Below, piece after piece: positions 44,087 through 52,520 of a stretch of 64,000 nt of DNA (positions are counted from its first letter, which is position 1; every line of letters starts with the position of its first letter). Origin of the DNA: an uncultured Chloroflexia bacterium (GTDB lineage Bacteria; Chloroflexota; Limnocylindria; QHBO01); NCBI GenBank assembly GCA_963760875.1, contig CAVXEH010000003.1:199572-263571 (forward strand). Direction: 5' to 3'. Position numbers and translations under genes: made by a program. The notes beneath the pieces are model-generated. The model ran no database searches. It was not told the DNA's origin and saw only the letters and a program-made list of their open reading frames with translations.

Positions 44087-45061
44087 TCAGGCGGTCTTGC
44101 GCCGGCGGGCCGGCCGCTCCTCCTCTGCCGGGGCGGCCTTGCCGGCCTTCGCGGCCGGGGACCTGCCGCTCGACGAGCGCGTCGCGGCCTTGCCGCGCGG
44201 AACGCTCTTCGTTGGCGCCTTCGCCGTGGCAGCCCGCTTCGCGGCCGGCTTCTCCTCGGCCTCCGGCGCCGCGCGCCGGCCCTCGCGCGCGGCCGCCACC
44301 GACGCCTCCAGGGCGGCCATCAGGTCGGCGATGCGGGTCGGCTCCGCGTGCGCCGCCGGCTGCGGCGCCTCGCCGGCGACCTTGGCCTCGATGACGCCCA
44401 TGAGCGCCTCGCGGTACTCGTCGCGGTACTCGGTGGCATCGAAGTCGCCGGTCATGCTCGCGACGAGCTGCTCCGCCATCTTGCGCTCGCTGGCCTTGAT
44501 CTCGATGCCGTCCTCGGGGAGGGTCAGCTCGTCCAGGGATCGGACCTCATCGGGCCAGTGCAGGGTGGTGAGCAGCATGGTGCTCGCGTACGGGCTGAGC
44601 GCGGCGAGCTGCTCGCGGTCCTTGAGGACGATCTTGCAGATCGCGGTCTTGCCGCCATCGGCCAGGACGTCCTTGAGCAGGTAGAACGCCTTGCGGCCGA
44701 TCTCGTCCGGCTCCAGGTAGTACTCCTGCTTGACGAAACGGGCTGCTGAGTCCTCCGCCTCGCCGGCCTCGACGAACTTCTCGATCTCGATGGCGCGCAC
44801 GGTCTTGAGCGGGACCGACTCGAGGTCCTCCTCGCTGATGACGACGTACTTGCCCTTGCTCCACTCGTAGCCGCGGACCGTGTCCGAGCGTGGGATCACC
44901 TCGTCGTGGTACGGGCAGTAGATCTTCATCTGGATCCGGTTGAGGCAGGAGGCATGCAGCATGTTGAAGCCGATGCTCGTGCTCTCGGTGGCCAGGTACA
45001 GCTTCACCGGGATGGTGACCAGCCCGAACTGGATCGCCCCCCGCCACATCGATCGCGCCAT
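44087..45061 (-). CDS. ku: Ku protein (non-homologous end joining)
   Basis: MARSMWRGAIQFGLVTIPVKLY Ku core and a basic Ala/Lys/Arg-rich C-terminal tail. The upstream track extension to 45283 is rejected. Confidence 0.85.
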   Translation of the reverse strand: MARSMWRGAIQFGLVTIPVKLYLATESTSIGFNMLHASCLNRIQMKIYCPYHDEVIPRSDTVRGYEWSKGKYVVISEEDLESVPLKTVRAIEIEKFVEAGEAEDSAARFVKQEYYLEPDEIGRKAFYLLKDVLADGGKTAICKIVLKDREQLAALSPYASTMLLTTLHWPDEVRSLDELTLPEDGIEIKASERKMAEQLVASMTGDFDATEYRDEYREALMGVIEAKVAGEAPQPAAHAEPTRIADLMAALEASVAAAREGRRAAPEAEEKPAAKRAATAKAPTKSVPRGKAATRSSSGRSPAAKAGKAAPAEEERPARRRKTA

Positions 45062-45269
45062 GGAACGCCTCGCTTCGCGGCCGCGCCCTCGCAATGCCCC
45101 GTGGGGACGGCGCGGGCCGTAACGATACACCGGAGCATCAAGCGTGCCGGCACGCCGCGGTGAGCCTGCCTGCCACGCCCGGCGCGCGCCATCGGTACGC
45201 CGGAGGTACCAGCCGGATGGGCCCATTCCGCCATTGCTGTGCGCGGTGCGCAGGCGCCACACTCGGCTC

Positions 45270-45704
45270 ATGACCGCGTTCACGTTCTCCGCCCCGCAGC
45301 CAGCAGCCCGGCCCGCCGTCGAGGAGGAGCCGCTGCGGGCCTACGTCCTGGAGGACGACCCCGACATCGCCGCCCTCGAGGCCGACCTGCTCCGCGAGCT
45401 CGGCTACACCGTGGTCACATGCTCGCGCATCGTCGAGCTGGGCGACCTGATGGCCGTCGCCCTGCCGCACGTCCTGGTGGTGGACGTCATGCTCCCCGAC
45501 GGGGATGGAGGCGACATCGCCGAGCTCCTGCGGGACACCTGGCCCGGCATCCCCGCCATCTTCGTCAGCGCCGCGTCGCGCAGCCGCCTCAGCGAGCTCG
45601 AGGTCCTGGGCCCCGTCCTCGCCAAGCCGTTCGACATCGACCAGTTCCGCGACGCCGTGCTGGACGCCATCGAGGCGCCATCGGATCGCTGGGCCTCGCG
45701 CTGA
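45270..45704 (+). CDS. Stand-alone response-regulator receiver domain protein
   Basis: Receiver motifs YVLEDDPDIAALEADLLRELGY, VLVVDVMLPDGDG and LAKPF. Start at MTAFTFS. Confidence 0.6.
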   Translation: MTAFTFSAPQPAARPAVEEEPLRAYVLEDDPDIAALEADLLRELGYTVVTCSRIVELGDLMAVALPHVLVVDVMLPDGDGGDIAELLRDTWPGIPAIFVSAASRSRLSELEVLGPVLAKPFDIDQFRDAVLDAIEAPSDRWASR

Positions 45705-45754
45705 CCGCGCCCGGATGCCGCCGATGCGCGTGATCCGGCTCGCCGGACAGGAGG

Positions 45755-46439
45755 GTGAACCGCCGCGGTCCCGCCGTGCTCACCGCCCTGATGCTCACCG
45801 TGGGCGGGGTCTCCTCCGCTCTCGCCGTGGCCGCGCCGTCGGCGCGTCCGGAGGTCACCGCCCTGCTCGCCATCGTCGCCGCCCTGGCACTGGGCGTGGG
45901 CGCCGGGATGCTGGGCCAGCAGCTCCGCGTCCGCAGCAGGCGCCGCGCCGGAGGACGTCGTCCGGCTGCTCTCCGGAGCCCTCGACGACGCCTACCTCCT
46001 GCTGGTGAGCCCACGCCTGCCCGGCGTGGCCGCGGAGGTCGAGGCCCTGCTGGTCGGTCCTCCCGGGGTGCGCGCGGTGATCGCGCGCCGCTGGCATGGC
46101 CGCTACCGGGTCCGCGGTCACGGCTGGGAGTTCGACCGCGGCAGCCGCCGCGGTTGGATCCCGTGCACCACCAACCCCACCTTCGAGGGCGCGGCGGCGC
46201 GCGGCGCGGTCGTGACCTGGGCGCAGTGGGGCCGGCTTCGAGAACCTGCCCATCGAGCCGGCCGTGGCTTTCCCCGACCGGCAAGCCACCTCGTGCTCGA
46301 GGAACCCGACGCAGAGGTGATCACCACCGACAACGTGCCGTGGTGGGCCAACGGCATGGGTCGGGTCCAGCGGCTCAACGCCGAGCGGGTCATCGCCTTC
46401 GCCGAGTCGGTGATCGAGACCTCGCGCCGGTCGCGGTGA
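45755..46439 (+). pseudogene. NERD-domain membrane protein with an apparent 1-nt frameshift near 45950
   Basis: Two N-terminal TM helices end at ...QQLRVRSRRRAGG. The protein then continues in the +1 frame as (E)DVVRLLSGALDDAYLLLVSPRLPGVAAEVEALLVGPPGVRAVIARRWHG...NPTFEG, which is a NERD fold with Lys replaced by Arg. Confidence 0.4.
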
Positions 46440-47203
46440 TACGGGCCGATGGCTGCCAACCATCCCGGGCTCACCTCGCCGCGCCGGCTGATCCCGGCGT
46501 CCAGGGCGCTACTGACCCGAGGACCCGGTCCCTCGCCTCCGTCAGACCGCGCCTCGCGAGCCGCGAGCCAGTCCTTGGCGGTCCGCTCATCGAGGATCTC
46601 CGCGAGCAGCTCGTCGGGACGCTCGTCGTCCGCCACCAGCAGCGACGTGCGCCACGCGACGCTGTACCGCCACGGCCTCCACGGCAGCGCTCGACCTCCG
46701 GGTACGAGCGCCGAGGCGATGGCGGCCTCCGTCATGGTCACGAAGCGATCTGCGGCGTTCAGCAGGCCGTCCGCCGGGCCGGCCCCCAGCGGCACGTGGA
46801 TGGTGCCCGTCACGCGGAACGGCGGAATGCCGATCTGTGCCTTCACCGGCCGCTTGGGGATGCGCATCTCCGGCCGGGCCGTCCCCTGCGATGGCCGCCA
46901 CGCAGAGCAGGATCTCGTCCAGCGCGACGTGGACCTGGCGCGCGCCCAGGCGTGGCGGTAGGATCCGGCGAACTCGGAGATCGTGGCCTGCTCCACCAGC
47001 AAGTGGGTGGTCGTGACCTGGTTGAGGAGGTCGCTCACCCGGGGGAATCGGGTCGACATGTAGCCTGAGATGCGATAGGCGGCGGTGTAGAGATCAAGAT
47101 TGACCTGGGAGACCCCGGCACTGAACGGGTCGGCAGCGAACACGTCCATGGTCGTTCCGATGCTAGCAGGCCCGATGGCGAGACCGGCGGCGATTCGGGC
47201 CAT
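46118..47203 (-). CDS. Hypothetical protein co-transcribed with the ATP-dependent DNA ligase (3' extent uncertain)
   Basis: ATG at 47203, 4 nt after the ligase stop. The first 260 or so aa have a diverse, protein-like composition (MDVFAADPFSAGVSQVNLDLYTAAYRISGYMSTRFP...). The remainder is low-complexity and overlaps the NERD gene on the opposite strand. Confidence 0.25.
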   Translation of the reverse strand: MARIAAGLAIGPASIGTTMDVFAADPFSAGVSQVNLDLYTAAYRISGYMSTRFPRVSDLLNQVTTTHLLVEQATISEFAGSYRHAWARARSTSRWTRSCSAWRPSQGTARPEMRIPKRPVKAQIGIPPFRVTGTIHVPLGAGPADGLLNAADRFVTMTEAAIASALVPGGRALPWRPWRYSVAWRTSLLVADDERPDELLAEILDERTAKDWLAAREARSDGGEGPGPRVSSALDAGISRRGEVSPGWLAAIGPYHRDRREVSITDSAKAMTRSALSRWTRPMPLAHHGTLSVVITSASGSSSTRWLAGRGKPRPARWAGSRSRPHCAQVTTAPRAAAPSKVGLVVHGIQPRRLPRSNSQP

Positions 47204-47207
47204 CCGG

Positions 47208-48935
47208 TCAGGACTCGCCCGCGCCCTCCCGCCCGGTCGCGATCCGCTCCGTCTCACCGCCCGCGCCGGTTGCCAGCAGGATGCGCCCGGATGCCTGGTC
47301 GGCGAAGAGCCGCTCCACCGCTGCGAGGTCGTCCACCTGGTCCGGCGCCTTGTCGGTGCGGATCCGGACGATGCGCGGAAACCGCAGCGCAAACCCGGAC
47401 CGATGGCGCCCCGAGCGCATGATCCGGTCGAAGGCGATCTCCACCACGACCTGCGGGACGACGCTGCGGTAGCGGCCATGGTCCCGGACCGTGGTCGCCA
47501 GGAAGTGCTCCGTCATCCGCGCGATCTCGGCGTCGGTGAGCCCCGTGTAGGCCTTCCCGATGGTGAGCAGCGACTCCCCGTCCGGTCCCCGCACTGCGAA
47601 GGTGTAGTCCGACAGGACGCCGTGCCGCTTGCCGTGGCCCCATTCGACGCCCACCACGACGCAGTCGAGCGTGGCGAGCGCTCGCTTGAGCTTGAGCCAG
47701 CCCAGGCCGCGGCGTCCCGGCTGGTACGTCGATGCGGGGTCCTTGATCATGAGCCCCTCGTTGTGGCGCTCGCGTGCCTCGTCGAACGCGGCGTCCACCG
47801 CGGCCGCACCGCGCACCGTGGCGAGGTGGGAGTACAGGACGCCGCCGTTGCTGCGCTCCGGCAGCCCCAGCCCCTCCAGCGCGGCGCGACGCTCGCGGAG
47901 CGCCTGGTCGAGCCGGTCATCTCCATCGAGGTGCAGCAGGTCGAATGCCACCAGCACCACCGGGATCTGCGCGACCAGCGCAGGATCGGGATCCACGCGA
48001 CCCAGCCGCGCCTGGAGGGACGCGAAGTCCAGCACCGCGCCCTCCCGGAACGGGACCAGCTCCCCGTCGATCACCACGCGGTGCCCCAGCCCGCGGGCCG
48101 CGCCCACGACCTCGGGAAACGAGACGGTGATGTCGTTGAGGTCCCGGCTGAACAGCCGCGGGCCGTCCGCCTCCCGGCCAAGGTGCAGCTGGCAACGGAT
48201 CCCGTCGTACTTGTCCTCGATCCATGCCTCGACCCCAACGCGGCGCACGACCTCGGCGGCGTCGGCGACCGGGGTGGCGAGCATGAAGCGGATGGGGCGC
48301 CCCACGTGGAGCGCTGCCGTCGCGAGCCGGTCGGCGCGTGCCAGCGCGGCCGCCTCGCCGGGCTCCGCCACGAGCATGAGCGCCCGGCGCACGGCCTCGT
48401 GAGGCCGGTCGAACGCGGCGGCGATGGCCTCCTCCAGCAGGCCCTCGCGCAGCCCGATGCGCAGCTCGCGGGCCGCGATGCGGGCCAGGTAGCGCGCCTC
48501 GCCCGACGTCGAGCGGGCGAAGAGGCCTGTCATCAGCGCCATGCGCGCCTCGGCGCTCGCCGCGGCGGCCATCGCGCGGAATGCCGCGTCGACGTCCCCA
48601 AGGCTGAGCGGCTCCGCGGGCGGCGATCGCCGCTCGAGCAGGTCGGCCGCGGCGTCGCCCGGATCCGAGTGGCGCAGGTAGGCGGCGCGCAGGTCGTCGT
48701 CGCCGGCGGCGCTGGCCGCCCGGAGCGCCCCGGAGAGCTGCACCCAGCCCAGCCCCAGCTTGTCCGCCATCCCCGCAAGCGGACGGCCCGCGAAGAACGT
48801 GGCCGCCCGGGGTACGTCGTCGGCCGGCAGGTCGCGCAGGTAGGCGGCCAGCAGGTCTCGCTTGCGCAGCTTCGAGGTCGTCGCACCCACCGCATCGGCG
48901 ACCACGGCGAAGTCGGCGAACGCTGAGCCCGGCAT
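47208..48935 (-). CDS. ATP-dependent DNA ligase (LigB-type, adenylation + OB domains)
   Basis: Motif I EDKYDGIR, motif III FDLLHLDG, motif IV/V EGLMIKD and motif VI LRFPRIVRIRTDK. Confidence 0.85.
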   Translation of the reverse strand: MPGSAFADFAVVADAVGATTSKLRKRDLLAAYLRDLPADDVPRAATFFAGRPLAGMADKLGLGWVQLSGALRAASAAGDDDLRAAYLRHSDPGDAAADLLERRSPPAEPLSLGDVDAAFRAMAAAASAEARMALMTGLFARSTSGEARYLARIAARELRIGLREGLLEEAIAAAFDRPHEAVRRALMLVAEPGEAAALARADRLATAALHVGRPIRFMLATPVADAAEVVRRVGVEAWIEDKYDGIRCQLHLGREADGPRLFSRDLNDITVSFPEVVGAARGLGHRVVIDGELVPFREGAVLDFASLQARLGRVDPDPALVAQIPVVLVAFDLLHLDGDDRLDQALRERRAALEGLGLPERSNGGVLYSHLATVRGAAAVDAAFDEARERHNEGLMIKDPASTYQPGRRGLGWLKLKRALATLDCVVVGVEWGHGKRHGVLSDYTFAVRGPDGESLLTIGKAYTGLTDAEIARMTEHFLATTVRDHGRYRSVVPQVVVEIAFDRIMRSGRHRSGFALRFPRIVRIRTDKAPDQVDDLAAVERLFADQASGRILLATGAGGETERIATGREGAGES

Positions 48936-48969
48936 GGGCCGAGTGTAGCGGCGTGTACGATCTCGCCCG

Positions 48970-51300
48970 ATGGAGACCGCCGGCGTGATGCATGCCGACC
49001 CGCCCCGGCTGTCGATCGGCCAGGCCGTGGAGGCGCTTCGCGCCGTCTACGGCATCTCCGGGCGCCCCTCGCCCCTGGTCAGCGAGCGGGACCAGAACTT
49101 CGCGGTCGAAGCCGATGACGGCACGCGCCACGTCCTGAAGGTCTCGAACCCGGCCGAGGACGCGGGCGTCGTGGAGATGGAGGTGCTGGCCGTCGAGCAC
49201 GTCACCGTCATGGCCCCCGGGCTCCCGGTGCCGCGCGCACACCCCACCCTCGCCGGCGAGCTGGTGGGAACGGCGGAGGTCGACGGCGTCAGCCATCTGC
49301 TACGCCTGCTGCCGATGCTCCCCGGTCGCAACCACCACCCCGGGGAGCTGGACCTGCGGGCGATGCGCCGCATCGGGGTCTTCACCGGGGAGCTGAGCCG
49401 TGCCCTGCGCGGGTTCTTCCACCCCTCGGCCGGCCGCATCATCGAGTGGGACCAGAAGCAGCTGCCGACCCTGCTCCCCCATGCCGACCTCGTGGTCGAC
49501 CCGCAGCGCCGGGCGCTCCTCGACCGCGTCCTGGAGCGGGTTCGGACGCGGGTGCTGCCGGCGCTGCCCGGGCTCCGCGCCCAGGTGATCCACAACGACC
49601 TGACCCTGGACAACCTGCTCCTCGACGATGCGGGCGTCATCACCGGCGCCATCGACTTCGGTGACATGGTGCACACCGCGCTGGTGCTGGACGTGCCCGC
49701 CACCCTGCAGTCGCTGGTGCGCGACCGCTCCGACGTCTTCGACGTGGGCGCGGCATTCCTGGCGGGGTACACCTCGGTCGTCCCGCTCGAGCGCGACGAG
49801 GGCGAGCTGCTGGGAGATCTCCTCCTGGGGCGCATGGCCCAGACCATCCTGATCTCGGTGTGGCGGACACGCCGCTACCCGGACAACGCCTACATCACCG
49901 GGTGGGAGGAGCCCGCCTGGGCGCTGCTGCGCCAGCTCGACGCCGGGGGCTTCGAGGCGGCCGGCCGCCGTCTGGCATCCATGGCCGCCGCACCTGACGT
50001 CGGTCGGCGGACCGGTGCCCTGCCCGAAGAGACGTCCCTCCGTGACCGCCGGCGCCGGGTGCTGGGCAGCGCGCTTGCCCCCCTCACCTATCGCACGCCG
50101 CTGTACCTGGTCGGCGGCCGCGGGGCGTGGATGCATGACGCGCAGGGACGGGCGTGCCTGGACGCCTACAACAACGTGCCCGTGGTGGGACACGCGCATC
50201 CCCGCGTGGCAGCCGCCATCGGCCGCCAGGCGGCAACCCTCAACACCAACACGCGCTACCTGCATCCCGCAGTGGTGGAGCTGGCGGAGCGGATCAGCGC
50301 GAGCCTGCCCTCCGGGCTGGACACGGTCATGTTCGTCAACTCCGGGAGCGAAGCCAACGACCTGGCCTGGCGCCTGGCGAGGACCGCGACCGGCGGGGAC
50401 GGGGCCCTGGTCACCCGCTGGGCGTACCACGGCGTCACCGCGGCCATCGACGACATGTCGCCGTCCGAGTGGCGCCACGGGCGACAGCCTGCCAACGTCG
50501 AGACGATCCCGGCGCCCGACACCTTCCGCCCCTCCTACGCCAACCCGCTGGACCCCTCGGCCGCCGGCGAGGCGGTTCGGGACGCAGTCGAACGGCTCGA
50601 AGGCCGGGGCGTTCGTCCCGCGGCCATCTACATCGACTCGATGTTCACCTCGGAGGGCATCTTCGCCCCCCGCTCCGAAGCGGTGGCGGCCGTCCTCGAC
50701 GCGGCGCGCGCGGCCGGCGCCCTGTACGTCGCCGACGAGGTGCAGGCCGGCCACGGCCGCTCGGGCGACGGACTGTGGACCTTCCCGACATGGGGCCTGA
50801 CCCCGGACGTCGTGACCTTTGGCAAGCCCATGGGCAACGGCCATCCCATCGCCGCGGTCGCCACCCGCGCCGAGCTCGCCGACCGCCTCGCGGCCGAGAC
50901 CGAGTTCTTCAGCACGTTTGGCGGCAACCCGGTCGCCTGCGTGGCCGCCCTGGCGGTCCTCGACGTGATCGAGGACGAGGGCCTGGTCGCCAACGCGGCG
51001 GCCACCGGCGGCTGGCTGCGCGACCGCCTGCGCGAGATGGCGGCGCGGCGGCCGGCCATCGGCGACGTCCGCGGGCGCGGCCTGATGACCGGTGTCGAGC
51101 TCATCGATGCCGACGGCGGCCCGGCATCGGGCCTGGCGGAACGGGTACGCGACGAGATGCGCGAGCACGGGGTGCTGGTCGGCACCACCCGGCGCGAGGG
51201 CAACGTGCTGAAGATCCGGCCGCCCCTGTGCCTGACGCGCGACGAGGCGGGGATCATCGTCGAGACCCTCGACGCGGTGCTGGGCGACATCGGCGGCTGA
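48970..51300 (+). CDS. Bifunctional fusion of an APH/HSK-family kinase (N-terminus) and a class-III PLP-dependent aminotransferase-fold enzyme (C-terminus, phospho-lyase-like)
   Basis: Kinase catalytic loop HNDLTLDN and the metal motif IDFGD. Class-III PLP motifs GSEANDLAWRLA and DEVQAGHGRSG, and the Lys box TFGKPMGNGHPIAAV. Confidence 0.75.
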   Translation: METAGVMHADPPRLSIGQAVEALRAVYGISGRPSPLVSERDQNFAVEADDGTRHVLKVSNPAEDAGVVEMEVLAVEHVTVMAPGLPVPRAHPTLAGELVGTAEVDGVSHLLRLLPMLPGRNHHPGELDLRAMRRIGVFTGELSRALRGFFHPSAGRIIEWDQKQLPTLLPHADLVVDPQRRALLDRVLERVRTRVLPALPGLRAQVIHNDLTLDNLLLDDAGVITGAIDFGDMVHTALVLDVPATLQSLVRDRSDVFDVGAAFLAGYTSVVPLERDEGELLGDLLLGRMAQTILISVWRTRRYPDNAYITGWEEPAWALLRQLDAGGFEAAGRRLASMAAAPDVGRRTGALPEETSLRDRRRRVLGSALAPLTYRTPLYLVGGRGAWMHDAQGRACLDAYNNVPVVGHAHPRVAAAIGRQAATLNTNTRYLHPAVVELAERISASLPSGLDTVMFVNSGSEANDLAWRLARTATGGDGALVTRWAYHGVTAAIDDMSPSEWRHGRQPANVETIPAPDTFRPSYANPLDPSAAGEAVRDAVERLEGRGVRPAAIYIDSMFTSEGIFAPRSEAVAAVLDAARAAGALYVADEVQAGHGRSGDGLWTFPTWGLTPDVVTFGKPMGNGHPIAAVATRAELADRLAAETEFFSTFGGNPVACVAALAVLDVIEDEGLVANAAATGGWLRDRLREMAARRPAIGDVRGRGLMTGVELIDADGGPASGLAERVRDEMREHGVLVGTTRREGNVLKIRPPLCLTRDEAGIIVETLDAVLGDIGG

Positions 51301-51350
51301 ATCGCCGGGACGTATTGACGGGCGCCATCGGTCCATGCACCCTTCGCGCC

Positions 51351-51953
51351 ATGCTTCCGTGGCAGAAGAAGACCACCGACCCCGAGATTCTCAGGCGGAT
51401 TCCGCCCGGCCAGGTGCTGACCGAGAAGTTCCCGGTCCTGCATTTCGGCCGCACGCCGGAGTACCCCGACCTGGGCGGCTGGGACTTCCGCGTCTTTGGC
51501 GAGGTCGAGACCCCCTTCCACCTGACCTGGGCCGAGTTCCGCGCCCAGCCGGTCGCGACGGTGACGCTGGACATCCACTGCGTGACCCGCTGGTCCAAGC
51601 TGGACACGACCTGGGAGGGGGTGCCGTTCACCCACGTTGCGGAGGTCGCCCAGCCGCGGGCGAACGCCCGCTTCGTCATCTTCCACGCGGAGTCCGGCTA
51701 CACCGCCAACGTGCCGCTGGAGGTGGCCATGCAGCCGGAATGCCTCCTGGCCTGGAGCTTCGCCGGCGAACCCCTGGAGCCGGACCACGGGTATCCACTG
51801 CGGGCCATCGTGCCCGGCAAGTACTTCTGGAAGAGCGCCAAGTGGCTGCGCGGGATCGAGTTCACCGCTGAGGACCACCTTGGCTTCTGGGAGCGCAACG
51901 GCTACAACAACAGCGCCGATCCCTGGAAGGAAGAGCGGTACGCCGACTTCTGA
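51351..51953 (+). CDS. Sulfite-oxidase-family molybdopterin-binding oxidoreductase (small, about 200 aa)
   Basis: The conserved Oxidored_molyb Cys region is present (TLDIHCVTRWSKLDTTWEGVP). The upstream part of track ORF 50154..51953 is rejected. Confidence 0.65.
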   Translation: MLPWQKKTTDPEILRRIPPGQVLTEKFPVLHFGRTPEYPDLGGWDFRVFGEVETPFHLTWAEFRAQPVATVTLDIHCVTRWSKLDTTWEGVPFTHVAEVAQPRANARFVIFHAESGYTANVPLEVAMQPECLLAWSFAGEPLEPDHGYPLRAIVPGKYFWKSAKWLRGIEFTAEDHLGFWERNGYNNSADPWKEERYADF

Positions 51954-52039
51954 CCGGTCCGGACCGATGGCGTCGGTCCCGCGTCGCCCGGCCGTCATCC
52001 CGGGCGTCGGGCCGCCCTGCGGCTAGAATCCCCGGGCAT

Positions 52040-52351
52040 ATGCATCCGTACGTCCGCTTCCTGGTGATCGGGGCGGTGGCCATGGTGGTCACCGGGACCC
52101 TCATCGTGCTGGGCCTGCTCGGGCGCAACACCCAAGTCTCGGTCTGGTCGCTGCTCGCCGCCGGCGCCATCGCGGTCGTGGTCGGCGGGCTGCTGTTCGT
52201 CGAATCCTGGATCTGGTCGCAGCGCTCCTGGCGGGCGGGCTACGGAGGCCGTTCGGCGGCCATCGCGGTGGTCGGCGGCCTCGCGATCCTTGCCGCCGCG
52301 GGGGCCCTGGCCGCCACGATCATCCTGCTGCTCACCTTCGGGCTGGGCTGA
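52040..52351 (+). CDS. Small membrane protein (103 aa, 3 TM)
   Basis: Strongly hydrophobic helices, with an ATG start in an otherwise intergenic stretch. Confidence 0.4.
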   Translation: MHPYVRFLVIGAVAMVVTGTLIVLGLLGRNTQVSVWSLLAAGAIAVVVGGLLFVESWIWSQRSWRAGYGGRSAAIAVVGGLAILAAAGALAATIILLLTFGLG

Positions 52352-52407
52352 GCGGGTACGATCTAGGGGCGAGCCTGATCACCGCCCAAGTCCGGCTCGC
52401 GCTCGGC

Positions 52408-52484
52408 GCCCCCATCGTCTAGAGGCCTAGGACGCCACCCTTTCAAGGTGGAGATCACCGGTTCGAATCCGGTTGGGGGTACCA
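52408..52484 (+). tRNA. tRNA-Glu (anticodon UUC)
   Basis: Cloverleaf with a 7-bp acceptor stem. Anticodon stem CCACC/GGTGG with loop CUUUCAA. T-loop GGTTCGAATCC. Encoded CCA. Confidence 0.9.
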
Positions 52485-52520
52485 GGCCCCTCCCCGCGAC
52501 ATCCGGCGAGTGCCGGGGAG

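Noticed and set aside
46449-46961. 170-aa plus-strand ORF as an alternative to the minus-strand hypothetical
   Set aside because: Its translation is Ser/Arg/Ala-rich with no hydrophobic core pattern. The opposite strand has a protein-like composition and is coupled to the ligase.
46118-47203. Idea that the ligase-coupled hypothetical is a LigD-type primase-polymerase (AEP) domain
   Set aside because: There is only a weak resemblance at the N-terminus (VFAADP versus the VFDLDP motif I). I could not find the SGxxGxH and downstream AEP motifs. It is left as an unclassified hypothetical.
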